Assembly (NCBI GenBank): GCA_951406725.2
Contig: OX597817.1
Coordinates: 105,524,001-105,588,000, forward strand
Reading direction: 5' to 3'
Length of the DNA stretch: 64,000 bases
Source of the DNA: Octopus vulgaris
Lineage: Eukaryota
The notes under the pieces: generated by a model
What the model was told of the DNA's origin: nothing
Databases searched by the model: none
The model's input: only the letters and a program-made list of their open reading frames with translations
Made by a program: the position numbers and the translations under genes
Part shown: in pieces, positions 1 to 14,050 of the stretch
How positions within the stretch are numbered: position 1 is the stretch's first letter
Layout of the letters: the number at the start of each line of letters is the position of its first letter

Positions 1-255
1 TTCTCATGAAGAGATTCCTTTCAGATTCCAAACTACGTTTCATTAACTCAAATTTCTCAGAATGCAACTTTCCAGAAAATTTTAAATATATTGACAGATG
101 TTTTGTTTCATAGTGACACTGAAGACTGTACTCTTTCAAAACGGCAACACTTTCTTTGCATATCATGCAACTAGCTTTCTGGTTGTTTGTTTCCACAAAA
201 AAGTACTTTTCTCCCCATTCTTCATTGAAAAGGCGACACTCAGCAGCTACTTTTT
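1..255 (-). mobile_element. hAT (Charlie/SPIN-like) transposase N-terminal fragment; runs off window start
   Basis: Minus strand reads VAAECRLFNEEWGEKYFFVETNNQKASCMICKESVAVLKEYSLQCHYETKH, matching the F-x3-W-x3-YFF...C-x2-C...HYETKH zinc-finger start of Charlie/SPIN/GTF2IRD2-type transposases. A possible element end lies near 870-900. Confidence 0.8.
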
Positions 256-3200
256 TTTTTATTAGTAACCATAACGATGAGTAAAGAAAACAAGATATGA
301 AAATGAAAAACAATTGTTTATTTACACATTGAATATTCTACCAAACAAATTTTAGAAAAGTAAGTAAAAAAAATTTTTCTGACATATAATAAACATGTCA
401 AACTAAATGTAAATAATTCATGACATTAAAGTATGTTATTACATAATTAGTTTAAAAGTGTTTTTTTCCAATATGATATTTAATTAAGCAAGTTTTATAA
501 TTATGCTAATGTATTTAAGATTTATTATGTAAGTTAATTAGAAGAGCTTCATAAAAAATAATTAAGATCATATTGAATAAAAGTATTAAGAATTTGATAC
601 TAATTTAATTAAGTCATTTTTTTTTTAGTGTAGGGCAATAAAAATATTAGGGCTTAAATAGATATCAAAGCTTGAAAATATTAGATGCTTTATCTCTTGT
701 GAGCTCTTTCGACACTCAAATATGCAAAATATATAACATAATTAACTAAAGCCAGTCCCTTTTATATACAGCACTCTTCAAATTTGTTTAAACACGACAA
801 TGCAAGTTAAAACACTTGCTGCAGGAATGAACTCTCATTGCAGGTACTTACACAAAAGGTACAGTGTGGTGGCGGGCTGCATGAATTGATCTCTAGCCTA
901 GAGCTATAGTAGAAGATTCTTTCCCACTCTGCCATGCAGTGGGACCGAACCCATGACCACATTGCCATACCAAGCCATATGTTTCACTAATTAATGTAGG
1001 AACCTGTATACCATCTTAGTCAAAATAACAGCCAAATTTTCCTCAGACCACAACCTGTCATCTTACAAAAAAAAAGACAGTGTAACGCAGGCTTAAAGTA
1101 GACAGCATGGTCAAGGCTTGAATACCTCTCATAACAGGTCTGCTCAAATTTGGCAGACCTAGTGTTAAGCAATTAGCATTCATACTATGATCAACAAACA
1201 TGATTTCCTGAAAAGTTCACTCTCTGACATAGTTGACATTTTTTGTTCTTTATTGTTCTGAAAATCTACACTTGTACTTTCTACATATCTTGCAGTCATC
1301 TTTCCTGTTATTACTTTTCCATGTGGCCGTTTTTTGTCTTTTTTCCATGTTTGTAACTATTATGTACGATGTGTTCATTCCCTCTTTGAGAAATGTACAA
1401 CAGTTATAAATATAGCTCCACTTGACAATGGGGTAATGTAATTATTTTTCCACTTGTTTAGCATAAGGGAAGTTTCTATTGAGGCTTTACACTTTGTAAT
1501 GTGGAAGTCATACTTAAATGGTATCAGGAATAGTAGTTATATTCTTATTTGATGCTTGATAAACCAATTCAAGATTAAATATTCCAGGGTGCTTCAATAA
1601 ATAGTTGAATGAATTACTACTGAAGTTATGAACTAGAGGCCTGACTCATATGAGGTGGAGTGTTCAACTAGTATATCAGACCGAGGCTCAGAGTGACAAG
1701 AGGTACCTGTGAATATCTGTTGGGCCCTTCCTAAAGAGAAAGGACAAAAAAACCTCTTCAATCTTTTGAATTTAGAGGTCTTGACCAGATGGTGGAAGGG
1801 AACTTTCTGACAGTTAATATCTTTATTAAAAAGTTTCCTAAGTGGAAAGGGATAATCTAAATTATTTAATTGTTTAGTGTGAATATATAGGACATGGTAG
1901 GTGATAACTTTCATGTGACAATAACATGCTTTGTACTCTACACTGTTTTGTTTAAGCCAGCTCTGATACAGTAACTTTATAATCAAAGTCATAAATCTCT
2001 TCTTTTAACAAGGACTACTTTGTTTATTTTGTGCTTCCTGTCATAAAACTGTAGAATGCTGAATTTGAAGGAATGTTACTGCTATTTCTTATAAGCATTA
2101 CTGTAGCTTTGCAACTATGAAGTTTTAGGTTCAATCCTACAGTGTGACACTTTGGACGAGTGTCTTCTTTATATTTGGGTTGATTAAAGCCTTGTCAGTG
2201 AAAATTGGTAAATGGAAGCAATGTGAAAGCCTATCAGGACTTTAGCAATCCACTCTATTCTAAGCCTTCTCATCAGGTCCCAAGTTACAGAATCCCTGAA
2301 GAGGGTCACATCACCCAACCAATTCTGAGTGGTCATCAGTACAAAAAATAAAAGTCCAGTTACTGTATTGGAATTTTTGAGTTGTCTCGCATTGAGCAAT
2401 AATGGCAAGACTATGAAAGAAACAGGGTTTTTTGGGCTTTTTATTAGTGTATAAATAATGTTTTTATACAAGATTGCTACAATATGATGACTTCTTCATT
2501 GACTTAGACAAGCTAGTTTATGCTGAGTATTACAAAAGCGATGATGAGCCTTTAGAGAACCAAGTGTCCAACTCCAGTTCAGTACACAGTTGTGCTTATT
2601 TCATTTATTCTACTAATGATTTTGTCAAAACATCAACTACTAGTTGTTTTAGGTTATCACCCATTGATGGATAATTATGATCATCTGAATTGAAGTAATT
2701 ATCATGATAAATATCCTACACTTGTATTATAAATGAATTTTAGAGAGGAGTCCCTTCCTGTTCAAGTCTATGAATATAGGTAGGTGATGTTTAGTCCCAG
2801 GTCAGTCCCGATCAAGTTGCATCATGATCAAAGGTATTTCAATTGAAACTCTTCAGGCTTTATTATTAGAGGTGTTTCTCCCTTTCAAGACAATAATACT
2901 AGTTTGAGGTAAATTTGGCTGCTATTTTTAGCAAGTCAAGTATTCACATAGAGCTTCTCTTGTTGGCTTGCATAGAAACTGTTTAGAATTACTGACATTG
3001 TGAATACATTAAAATCAATTCAGGTTTACAACAATGTGACAAAATGACAATATAACAAAATAACATAAAAGCAATACATGACTAAATGCCTTGTTGCTAA
3101 TTAAGGTTTTAACCAGTTAGATTGTGTCAAGTCACCCAGCCCACACCAGCATGGAAAATAGACATTAAGGCACCAAGCCTTGTTTGTCTTCTCATGAACT

Positions 3201-3604
3201 TGATTCGCTTCTTTATTTTGTTAGGAAGTTTTCTAGTGGTTTCTGCTTATCTTTGACACTTGTCAGTCACCCTGTCTGGTCTATGATACCTTCAGCTTCC
3301 ACTTCTCAGCAGCATTGATAAGCTTTTGCTCTTGTTTAATGTTCCAAGTCATGCAACCACATATAAGGATGTACGCGCTTAGGACTCTTTCCCTCACTTG
3401 TATTGATAGCATAGTAGCCTTTGCCTCTCCAATCCTTACCATTCTACAAAAAAGTACACATTGGATTGTGTAGTGGTAGTGTATGGAGTTCATAAATAAA
3501 CTAGGTTAATTGTGGCTTAACCCTTCAACGATGAGAAGAGGTTCCAGACAGGCAAAAATATAAAATATCTCATTTTCTTATTGGTTATTTAATTTCACAT
3601 TAAA

Positions 3605-4110
3605 TAAGGGCAGAATTCTGGTTTAAGCACCCCATGTAACTTTTTCATATTTTGGAATTTCCAGAAAATTTTTGCAGATTTGTGTTTAACATGCGAGAAT
3701 TCACATGATTATATATATATAAAATTTTTTTAATATTTTTAATAATTCACCACCCCAATCCTTAAATCCCAAAAGTTCCATTCTTTTTTTTTTTTAATCA
3801 GAGTTTAAAATACAGATAGTAAAAACTTCTTGCTTAAATCCCAGCAATGGATCACCTTTGATACATCATCATTCCATTACATGTGTTTATAGGGAGAAAA
3901 ATATTGAAAAACATCAATAGCTATCAGTGTGACAGGAAAAAAAAAGAACGAGGATGGTCGTAAGATGTACTAAAAATAACAGCTAAATTACACAAAGTTT
4001 TTTTGCATAATCGTATGAATTCTAGTGTGTAGAACACAAATTCGCAAAAAGTTTCGGAAAATTACAAAATATATAAAAGTTATGAGGGATTAAACCAAAA
4101 TTCCACCTTA
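3605..4110. mobile_element. TIR non-autonomous DNA element (MITE), copy 1
   Basis: Inverted termini gcagaattctggtttaagcac ... gattaaaccaaaattccacc; a full-length paralog lies at 51454-51976. Confidence 0.75.
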
Positions 4111-4304
4111 ATAAATACAATTGTTAGTCACTCGCACAATAAAATTTACAATCTCATTTTCGAAAAGTGCCGTAAAATACTCAATTTCATTTGATGAAGG
4201 TCGTATGCATGTAAAATGTTTTAAGCATCGATTGTGTTTTGTGTTCTCTGAAGATATATCAATTGATGATGTCCGTCGTTTAAGGATTAAATATCTACGA
4301 CTGC

Positions 4305-4444
4305 AGTTTGCTTCTCAACCACATGGTCTTGGGTTCAGTCCCACTGCGTGGCACCTTGGGCAAGTGTCTTCTACTATATCCTTGAGCTGACCAAAGGCTT
4401 GTGAGTGGCTTTGGTAGACGGAAATAGAAAGAAGCCCGTCATAT

Positions 4445-4530
<86 letters not shown>

Positions 4531-4600
4531 TGTTGGTGTGTTAATTCTTCAAAGCGGTGCCCCAGCGTGACTACAGTCTAATGAAAATGAGACACAAATC
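4305..4600 (+). mobile_element. tRNA-derived SINE (family B) with internal (CA)n
   Basis: ggttcagtcccactgcgtggcaccttgggcaagtgtcttctactat...gaagcccgtc; many copies elsewhere in the window. Confidence 0.8.
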
Positions 4601-5029
4601 TGCTTGAAATGAAACTATTAACAGTTTGTAGTACTACGACTGGCAGAGGTGTTCTTACATGGCCTATTAGGAAATGTCTTCTTCTCCGACAGTTACTGCA
4701 CCGGAAAGCCCTACAGTTACTTGTCTTGTTTGAGTACACAAATGTATTAAATAGATAAATAAATAAATAAATAAGTATGTATGTATTGGGTGGAGTATAC
4801 ATACGTATATGCGCTCGCGCATCTGTTTGGTCAGTCAGGTCGTTTGCGTCACAAAACTCACATATGTGTGCGCGCGTTCGTGAGTTCTTTGATGCGAATG
4901 ACCTCATTCATTCACGCTGTTCACTTCAGTAGGTGACCAGCTTCCTGATCACTTACTATTTATCAGACAAACTCGCGAGCCAAATAAACTTCATATTCAC
5001 CAGGAAGTGAGACAGACATGTATCGTTGA

Positions 5030-5720
5030 ACCAGTGAGGGATGAGCTTGACGGAATCAGAGATGCAATAGATTGAAGAAGGGAAATATTGAAGCTGAAAG
5101 AACCGTTGGTTTTAGATATTAAGAAGTGATAGATAGCGGCTTAAAATGTAAGGAGGTTTAGGGGACACGCTGTGGTGGTCCAGATCTATAGATCGAGCGA
5201 GTTAGGTGGAATTAATGGAACAGTAGATAGGAACCGTAGAAGATAACTGGAAGAAAGACTAGACAGATATACTTAAGAAAGAGATAAGCTGAAAGTTAGG
5301 GATTTACCATTATGCTGCGATGAGGGAATAGGGAAGCGAGAAGTGTTTAAACTGAAGTCAGTGCGAATTAATAGATCGTAGAAGTGTGCTCTTAATAACA
5401 GAGCTGCGCCTGTCCTCACTTAATGTCGAGAAGGAGACCTGTAAAGGTTACTACTTGATAAAGAGATTGCGCAGGAAAGGGACGATTCGAAGATGAGCAC
5501 TGAAGATACAATCGAGAGGGCAATTATGAAGCGAGGAAAACAGCTGGACCATCCACGACAGTCACTGAAATACTGGAAATACCCAGCGAAGTATGATACA
5601 CAGTAGTTTTCGCATACTTAACCAGTAGTAAAGGGGGCAATATCATCAAGTGCTACAAGGGCAAGTGAGATGCTATAGAAATAAGTGTAGAGATATCAAA
5701 TACATTCACTAAATTATGAA
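5030..5720 (-). mobile_element. Highly decayed LINE AP-endonuclease fragment
   Basis: Scattered minus-strand motifs (NLYRSPS, TDF similar to GDFN, SLDL) among many stops. Confidence 0.4.
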
Positions 5721-6240
5721 AGAAACAGAGTTATTAGAAATTGTCAAAAGATTACCTTACATGAGATGCGGTTCGGGTTTGTACAAGGACGAGATACTGC
5801 AGTTGCTCTCTTCCAGTGAGACAACCATATAGAAAGTTCTTAACTAATCGTAAGCCACTATATCTAGCATTCGTTGATCCAGTGAAGGCCCCTGTAGTTT
5901 GCTAAGAAAATTCGGTGTAACGAGATTTCTGCCTAGATTCGAACCATCTTTCTCAGATTCCCAGTTTAGAACCACGGCTTATTACATTTCCATGAAAAAC
6001 ATCAGGGATCTTTGTGGTTTGAGTCACTGTCTCTAATTTTGTTGCAATTGTTTTCAAATTTGGTATATGGATCACGTTTTATATACTGATTATGAAAATA
6101 AAAATCATTTCCCCCATAAATTTATAATTAAAAAGTTATTAGCCATTAAAGTTTCCAAATTTTGGGTATTTTAGCCAATCAGAACCGAGTATTTTACACA
6201 TCACCGTGAAGTTCTGTTAGCATAGTAAGCAAAAAACTCT

Positions 6241-6254
6241 GTTTCCATAGCAAC
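6241..6254. promoter_or_regulatory. RFX X-box-like motif inside MITE
   Basis: GTTTCCATAGCAAC fits the X-box consensus GTHNYY-AT-RRNAAC; CCAAT (6176) and CACGTG (6271) are nearby. Function is not shown. Confidence 0.35.
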
Positions 6255-6521
6255 CAAAGAGTGTAACCACCACGTGTTCCATACTTACTTGTTTTTATAA
6301 CTGTAGGAATTTGATTCGAGAATGTATAAAGATTTTGACATGGCGACGCGCCCTCGTCTTCTCGTTACTGTGACAGATGATGGAAGAGGAAGCGAACGCG
6401 TTGTTTTCTGATTAGCTGAAAATTCTGAAAATGATCAAACTCTAAACACTTGTAACATTTTCGTAAAATCTTTCTGGAATAAATGAGTAACAAATTCCGA
6501 TTCAGTGTCACAAATTACATC

Positions 6522-7435
6522 TGTAACGCTTAGCGAAATACGTTATCCCTCTTTGAGAGATATCATACAAATAACGTCGTGGCAGATAACAGCCATCCTT
6601 CGGCTGTTTAGGCCCAGTTGTGTCTGCTGCTCTGATTGGTTGGTTTTGGTGCAGTTTTGACTCATGCTTTATTCCGCGCCAATGTGTAAACCAACCAATC
6701 GCAACCTTCTGATAAGGCACCGTGACACAGTCTTCCAGGTTTTCTTCTGGAGCCTCTAGATTGTTATAAAACCTAGCGATCCATTGAATCGTTTGTCTTT
6801 TGTTCGTAGACCATTGACCACAGAACATCCAGCGACAACCAGCCAGTTCGAACGACTCAGCCATGTTCTGGCGACAGACAGCGACGACACCAACACTACC
6901 GCAGCATCTCAGGACCTGCCTTAATCTCAACGTCGTTTTTCTCCACCGTCGCCATCACCACCGTCGACTTCAACAATATGTACACATCAACATTGTCCAG
7001 GTTTAGCTTCACGCTGTTTGTAAATACTCACCAAGGTTAACAGCTCAGACTACCTGCGAGAACTTTCTGTACCAAGTAACTCGGCATAGGATAGACTTAG
7101 TAGCCTCAACTTCTCTGTTACAGAACCTCTACTATTGTGTTCATTACTACGAACTGGTAATTTTCTCCATTTGTGCCTGGACACTCTTTCTATATTCTGT
7201 ATTGTTATCTACATACTTATAACGCACACACATACACACACGCACTTATGTCACAGTCACGAACACACAGACACACAAGTTAACACTTAAATAAAAACCT
7301 TTTCTCTCTTACATTATACGGTCGTCTTCTTCCTTATTCCTTTTGGCACTTGCATTTTGGCTTTATTGTAAGGCGACCGTGTGGTGTTTAAAGGAGACAT
7401 TCATTACCATTCTCCTCTCGTGCGGTCGCCCTACA
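6522..7435. mobile_element. Solo LTR with 4-bp TSD
   Basis: Termini TGTAAC...CCTACA; CATC on both flanks (6518-6521, 7436-7439); AATAAA near 7290. Related copies at 9853-10371 and about 14900-15785. Confidence 0.85.
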
Positions 7436-7879
7436 CATCTATATGATATATGAAAAAAAAATGTTTTAAAGATTTCGACATGCAGTGACTCAAACTACAA
7501 AGATCCAGCATTAGCGCCAACGGAAACGTTTTTAGCTCCATCAGTATCGGCTGGCATGTTGTCAGTAAGATGGTCGACTTAAAAGAAAGTTATGTGTAAT
7601 TCCCGCTGAATAGTATATCCGAAGATTTATAAAAAGCTGAAATATTGAACTCCAGGACAGAATTAATTCGGGTGTTACATGGAACTCTCGTTCGGTTTCA
7701 TAGAAGAGGTTCTCACTTTCTTCAACTTGTTTTGCATAAAATGCTTTCTATATTAAGTTTGGCAAAAGTTAATCAATCTTGGGTTGTAACAGCTACATAT
7801 ATGCATGCATGCATACATACATACATACATACATACATACATACATACATACATACATACATACATACATACATACATA

Positions 7880-8660
7880 ACCCTAAGGACAAAGATAAAG
7901 AACCCACAGCATGGTAGAAGTCATAGCCACTCATAATAAAAAGTGTATTGGTGGAATATCCCAGTGAAAACCTCGATGAAATGTAAACACAATAAGCTTG
8001 ATATAATGATTTGGGGATAGAGAAGAGAAACTGTGTATAGTTGTGGATATCAGCTGCCCAGCGGATGTTAACATGAAGATCAGTAAAAAAGAGAATTCCT
8101 ACGCTGAACTACTGAGAAATCTGAAGTTACCGGTACTCTTTTCAAAGTACAAGTTCAGGTTTATTCCTGTAATTATTGGGGCTCTGGGATATGTAACACA
8201 CTACCTAAATACCAATCTTGAGAAATTAGGCTTTTCAAAACCAGAAAAGAGAAAGCTGATTAGAAGGCCACAGATACAATTGTAGCAGACGCTCTCTTTT
8301 GGCGCCACTACACAGCAGCGCTTGCTGAACACCACAACTGGCTGGTCCTGTCTGTAGGTTGTATCTCCAGAGGCAATATGCCCGCACAAACGGAGCTACT
8401 GCACAACGCACATAGCTTAAGATGGTTGCTGAGAGCAGCACACTTCACCTATCCTGTAAAACCTGTAAATAAACCAGTTGTAAATAGCATTTGTACTTGA
8501 AGTTTTCTCTCTTCGCCTGCCGGAAGCCTGAACTACACAAAGAACAAAAAGATGATGGAAGAAGACGATATTCTTCAGATATCGTAAACCTTGCCTTCCA
8601 TTATACAATCCACCACTAGAACTGTAAAAATCTGTAAAACTTTCCAGAAGTTTATCTTTT
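7880..8660 (+). mobile_element. 3' fragment of RLE-type (R2/R4/NeSL-like) non-LTR retrotransposon
   Basis: WWNIPVKTSMKCKHNKLDIMIW...VDISCPADVNMKISKKENSYAELLRNL...FIPVIIGALGYV...TVKICKTF, a restriction-like endonuclease C-terminus; interrupted by the 8281-8605 insertion. Confidence 0.75.
8281..8605 (+). mobile_element. Short solo LTR with 4-bp TSD
   Basis: Starts TGTAGC and ends ATTATA (decayed TACA); CAAT on both flanks; internal AATAAA; splits the RLE LINE coding sequence. Confidence 0.65.
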
Positions 8661-9164
8661 AAGTATATATGAGCATGTCAAGAAATGCAAGTATATGCAT
8701 GAGAAGGCATAAATGAAACAAAACATACAAATCTGCACGTACACATACATACATTCATACAAAAACACCTTGTTATTGATGTTTAAATTCCAATGAAGGA
8801 GCCTTGGATCTAGGTTAGAAACCGGTTCTTTCTCTATTGGCAAGAAATCTTGAAATAAAACTGAATAACATACATACTTACATGCATCCATGCATGCATA
8901 TAAATGTCTTTCCGCATATTTACTTGCCTAATCCTGTACAATTATTAACTAAAACATTATTTCTGTCTCATGTAGTACAAACTCTTTATAGAAATCACAC
9001 AATTAATTCATTGTACATATGCAAATACAAATCTTTACAGAAATAAATGTATGGAAATATAAAACATTAACTATTCGGTAATTCACGTTTATGAACACAG
9101 CTTCTTACCTCTACTTCTCATTTCTACCTATTTATCTTGGCTAACCTAACAAGTCATATAAAGA

Positions 9165-9845
9165 AAGGTGAGAGTTAGCTACGGGCTCAGCGAGAAATTT
9201 AGCATGCAGGTAGATGTCCAACAGGGTTCAGTTTTTAGCCCCTTCCTGTTTATCATTATTCTCCTGGCCGTAACAGGAGTTTAAGGGCCTCACCACCTCC
9301 CGGCCTTAAGAACTACTGCATGCAGATGACCTAGTTCCCATTGCTGAAATTACCGAAGAATTGGAGATGAAATTCCAAACATGAAAGTAAAGCTTAGGAT
9401 AGAGATGTCTTAAAATAAAGGTAATAAATGCGAAAGTTTAAGTTGATGGTAAAGAAGAGAAAACTTTCCTGACATCTTGGGAAGTCGCCATTGTTAATAT
9501 GCAGAAAAGGAGTAGAATCGCCAGCAAACTGGCAGAGAAGACTTCCTATGAAGCAGACGTACAGAAGCAGTTAACAATAAAATCATTATGAAACGAGTTC
9601 TTTTAGATATATGTACTGTTTCTTAAAAATAGTAAATTTCTGTTATCTAGGTGATCTAATAAGCTGTCGTGGTAGGTATTCTGAAAGCAGAGTAATCAGG
9701 ATAAAGAGGATAGAGAGGAAAAAATCGAGGATAGTATTAACTCTGCTTTCAGTAAAGATGCTCCTGCAAAAGAAGAATAAGTTGTCTTATGTTTGTGATG
9801 TTGCATGGTAGCGAAACATAGCTACTAAATGCGAAAGATGTGCAA
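9165..9845 (+). mobile_element. RTE-clade LINE reverse transcriptase fragment (decayed)
   Basis: EKFSMQVDVQQGSVFSPFLFII...ELLHADDLV...VNFCYLGDLIS. Confidence 0.8.
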
Positions 9846-9852
9846 TGGGGTG

Positions 9853-10371
9853 TGTAGAACGACCGTACGAAAGGAGGGTGACGAATGAATGTCTCCTTTT
9901 AAACACCGCACGGTCGCCTACAATAAAAGCCAAAATATATTGGATAATGAATAAGAAAGAGAAGACAACACAACCGTAATGTTAAGAGAAAGGTTTTATT
10001 TAGATGTTAACATGTGGGTAGCAGAGCGTGTGTACATGAGTGCGACAATAGTGTGTATCTGTGTTCATGTCATAAGTACATATAAGAGAACAATAAGACA
10101 GGCCGTCAAACATACAATAATGTGTGTACAAACAAAGGTGTATGCGCGTGAGATAAAATACAGAGCATAGAAATGAGTATCTCAGAACGCTAGAAGTAGA
10201 TCACACAAGATGTCGATAAATACCAGTCTGTAGTAATGAACGCAATAGTAATAGTTCTGTACAAAGAGGTTGAGACTACAAGGTGGAGAGCCGGTTACTA
10301 CGCGTGTAGAGGTTGTGGCTGCTATCCTGTGCCGGGTTACTTGGTACAGAAAGTTCTCGCAGGTAGTAACA
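9853..10371. mobile_element. Partial, inverted copy of the 6522-7435 LTR family
   Basis: Reverse complement matches 7050-7435, including gaatgtctcctttaaacacc and ttacttggtacagaaagttctcgcaggtag. Confidence 0.75.
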
Positions 10372-10908
10372 GATAGAGAGTAAGAAAGGTATCGATCTAA
10401 AAGTTGAGTAATTTCTCGTAGAAAATTATACTTTTATTATTTATGGACGACCTTCTCTTGGGAACGAAAATCAAATTCGTATTTCTTGAGGAAGCACCGT
10501 TTCAGTGTCTTTCGAGCCGAAAAACGCATACATAAACTCATACACTCGCATTCATATAGTAGATATGAAATATCTCCTTTGCATACTCATATGAATCACA
10601 CATATATTGTACAGCCGGATGCCTTTCCCATCGCCAATCGCCAATACTCTTTCCAAGTAAGGTAATATTTCGCCATGCCCAAACATAATTACCTACAACT
10701 GAGGTTCTAAAACTTTTTTTTTTCTGGGCCACATTTACGGAATGAAAATTTGCTCGTGCGTCACGAAATTTTATGTAATAAAAAGTACATTTAAAAAAAA
10801 AACGACTAATAGTGCGTTAAATATAATATACTTAGATTTAACTTAGAAAGGTTTTGGCCAGTATTGGCCCAGGCCATGTCTAACTTAATAGCATGAAAGG
10901 TATGAGCT

Positions 10909-13900
10909 TGTAGGGCAGGATTCGTGACGGACGCTGCGGGCTCGCTAGGAAGTTGGCTAGCAACAAAACAACACTGAGGCTACCACAGTTCCGGCCTAAG
11001 AGGCGGAGGCTCAATTCGATATAAACTAGGTAACGGCCGACCAAACAAAGTACTCGCACGTTGTGGCGGCACTAGACGAAAACACGGCAAGAGGGTGCTG
11101 GATATTTTAACCCTTCACCCACCAACGAAAAAATACGCCATATTGAAAGATAGGCTAATGGATACATTCCGATGCAGTGAAAGAGAAGCAACAGCCAAGA
11201 TACTAGAGGAGGAATTAAGTGATTCCAATCCTTCGAAGCTGAAGGACAGGATGTTGGCATTAGTCCCTTCCCCGTGAGTCACCTTCCTTTTTGTTAAAGA
11301 AATATTCCTCCGCAGACTTTCTTCGAGCATACTTGCTAGTTGTGGATTTTCGGAGAAGACGACACCTCGACAACGACACATACACTTTCGTGCCTCTTGC
11401 AACATCTGCAGATGCCGCCCTCCGCATAGCAACCATATCGCAGACCAGAAACAAATTCTCGGATCTTCTTGTAAGTCGCCCTAATCTCACCTCTCCGACA
11501 TTCTCCAAACCTACAGCCTGTCACGGGGTGAGACACTACATCTCCTCCACCGGCCCCCCAGTGCGCAGCCAGGCACGTCGTCTATCACCAGACAAACTTG
11601 CAATCGCAAAGGCAAATCACAAAGTTAGACGATATGGAGGCATTGGGTATATTTCGCTGATCAAGCAGTACCTGGTCATCACCTCTGCATGTGGCCCCCA
11701 AATTCAACAAGGTTATCGACCATGCGGAGATTATCGCCGTCTCAACGCGGATACGACACCTGACCGCTACCCCATTCTAAACATACAAGAGTTTTCATCC
11801 CAATTAGCAGAGTGCTCGGTTTTCTCCAAGGTTGACTTCATCTGAGGATACCACCAAATACCAGTACAAGACGACAATGTACCGAAAACCGCTGTGATTA
11901 CTCCTTTCGATCTGTACGAATTCCTACGTACATCCTTTGGGCTGAAAAATGCAGCACAATCCTTCAAACGCCTGATGGACGCTGTATGCAGAGGTCTCGA
12001 TTTTGTCTTTGCATAATTAGATGATATCCTTATTGCAAGCCCAAATACAGAGCTAAGTAAGAAGCACCTAGTGACTCTTTTTGATAGACTGGAACAGCAT
12101 GGTTTAGTTATCAACGCCGTCAAGTGCGTTTTCGGTGCGACAGAAATCGACTTCTTGAGACATCGAATCACAAGTGCCGGCACTACACCCCTACCAGGAA
12201 AAGTAAAAACCATCCTATCCTTTCCACGCCCCACAAGCGAGGTTCTATATCAGTTCGTGGGTATGATAAAGTTTTACCATCGCTTTATCCGTTCTGCAGC
12301 AAAAGTTATGAGGCCCCTATATAAGGCACTGTCAAAAGAGGGTTCAAAAAGACAGGTGGAGTGGGATAACACAATGACTTCAGCCTTCGAATCCACAAAA
12401 CAAGCCCTGGCTCAAGCAACCATGCTGTCCCCTCCTCATATGTGAGCTTGGACTGCACTCACAGTTGACGCATCCGACACAGCCATTGGGCGCTTTTTGG
12501 AACAATATATCAACAGTCAGTGGCGACTGCTCGCCTTCTTCAGCCGACAGCTACAACCCTCTGAACAGAAATACAGTGCTTTTGACAGGAACTACTGGCT
12601 GTCCATCTAGGTGTCCGCCACTTTCGCTATTTCCTTGAAGGTTGCACGTTTACAGTATTCATGGATCACAAACCACTCACCTTAGCTAAGAACAAGTTCT
12701 CGGAGCCTTGGTCTGCACGCCAGCAACGACAACTATCGGCAATTTCTGAGTACACCACAGACATCCAACACATAACCGGCAAGGGCAACCCAGTTGCTGG
12801 CGCACTCTCTCGTGCTCCTACCCACTCTCACACCTACCTAGTACCAATAACGGAGGGCTAGGATTACGAAGCTATGGCTGCGACCCATCAGACATACGAC
12901 GAGATCAGGGCCTACCGCACTGCCATCACATCATTTTCTTTGTAAGATGTACGCTTGGCTCTAACGGCACAACCTTACTGTGTGACGTATCCACTGGGAA
13001 ACCACGACCGTTCGTCCCATCAGCCTGGCGCAAGAAAGTTTTCGACATCACTCACGGACTTTCCCACCCAGGTACTAAAGTCACACGGCGGCTGCTGTCA
13101 TGCAAATTTATCTAGCACGGTATGGCCAAGCAAATTAGGTACTGGGCCAGGTACTGCATCCCCTGTCAACAAGCCAAGGTCCATCAACATACCAAAGCAC
13201 CGCTCGGCAACTATGAACCACCTCAGGCCCGATTCCGCCATGTTAACATCGACCTACCTCAAAGCTGTGGAATGACATGTGTGACTTTCGGAATCACAAT
13301 GAACTGTACAATAGCTTACCACCCACAGGCCAACAGATTAGTGGAGAGATTTCACCGCTACCTGAAGGAATGCCTTACAACCAAACTTACGGGCCAAATT
13401 GGATTGACCAATCCGCACCACCCCAAAAGAAAATCGTAACACTTCCTCCGCGGAAATGGTGTATAGTGCTCTTCTTACAGTGCCAGGAGAGTGTCTTCCA
13501 AATACGAAGTCAGACCCAGATGTCAAAAGGTACCTCACTGAACCGAGAGACAGCGTGGGCCAGTTGCACCCTGTTCCCATGTCAACACTTGGTACACCCA
13601 GATCATCCTTACCAAATAACCTCCGCACGGCTAACTTTGTGTTCGTTCAATGTGACACACGACGAAAACCCCTCCAGTCACCCTGCGATGGTCCATATCA
13701 AGTCATACATCCGGGAGATAAAACATTCCAACTCCTAATTAATGGACAACAAGACACAGTTTCCATCGATTGATTGAAACCGACACATCTCGATATTGAC
13801 AGCCCCGTTCAAGTGGCCCACCTACCAAACAGGGGCCGTCCTAGACAGATCACACCAACCCTTGACAAGGAACAGTCACCAAACAATCAAGTAACCACAC

Positions 13901-14050
13901 GCATGGTCAGGACAATTAAAACGCCATCCTGTTTCCAATGACAGTCAACAGTTCTGTGGGGAGAGCTATGTAGGGCAGAATTCGTGACAGACGAACTGTA
14001 GACAGAAACATCGCTGCGGCTAGCTAGGAAGTTGGCCAGCAGCAAAAAAG
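10909..14050 (+). mobile_element. Ty3/Gypsy LTR retrotransposon, degenerate (gag-RT-RNaseH-integrase)
   Basis: Direct repeats TGTAGGGCAG(G/A)ATTCGTGAC...GCTAGGAAGTTGGC at 10909 and 13969, with a purine tract before the 3' copy. Gag: AEAQF...KYSHVVAALD. RT: RPCGDYRRLN, FGLKNAAQSFKRLMD, and YLDD with Y mutated to stop. RNaseH: TVDASD...YSAFDRELLA. Integrase: H-x3-H...C-x2-C, AYHPQANRLVERFH, GPYQV. Many stops and frameshifts. Confidence 0.93.

Larger units (their letters stand above)
6005..7507. mobile_element. TIR MITE interrupted by a solo LTR
   Basis: Left end gggatctttgtggtttgagtcactg and right end cagtgactcaaactacaaagatcc are inverted repeats; a related element lies at 16521-17645. Confidence 0.75.
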
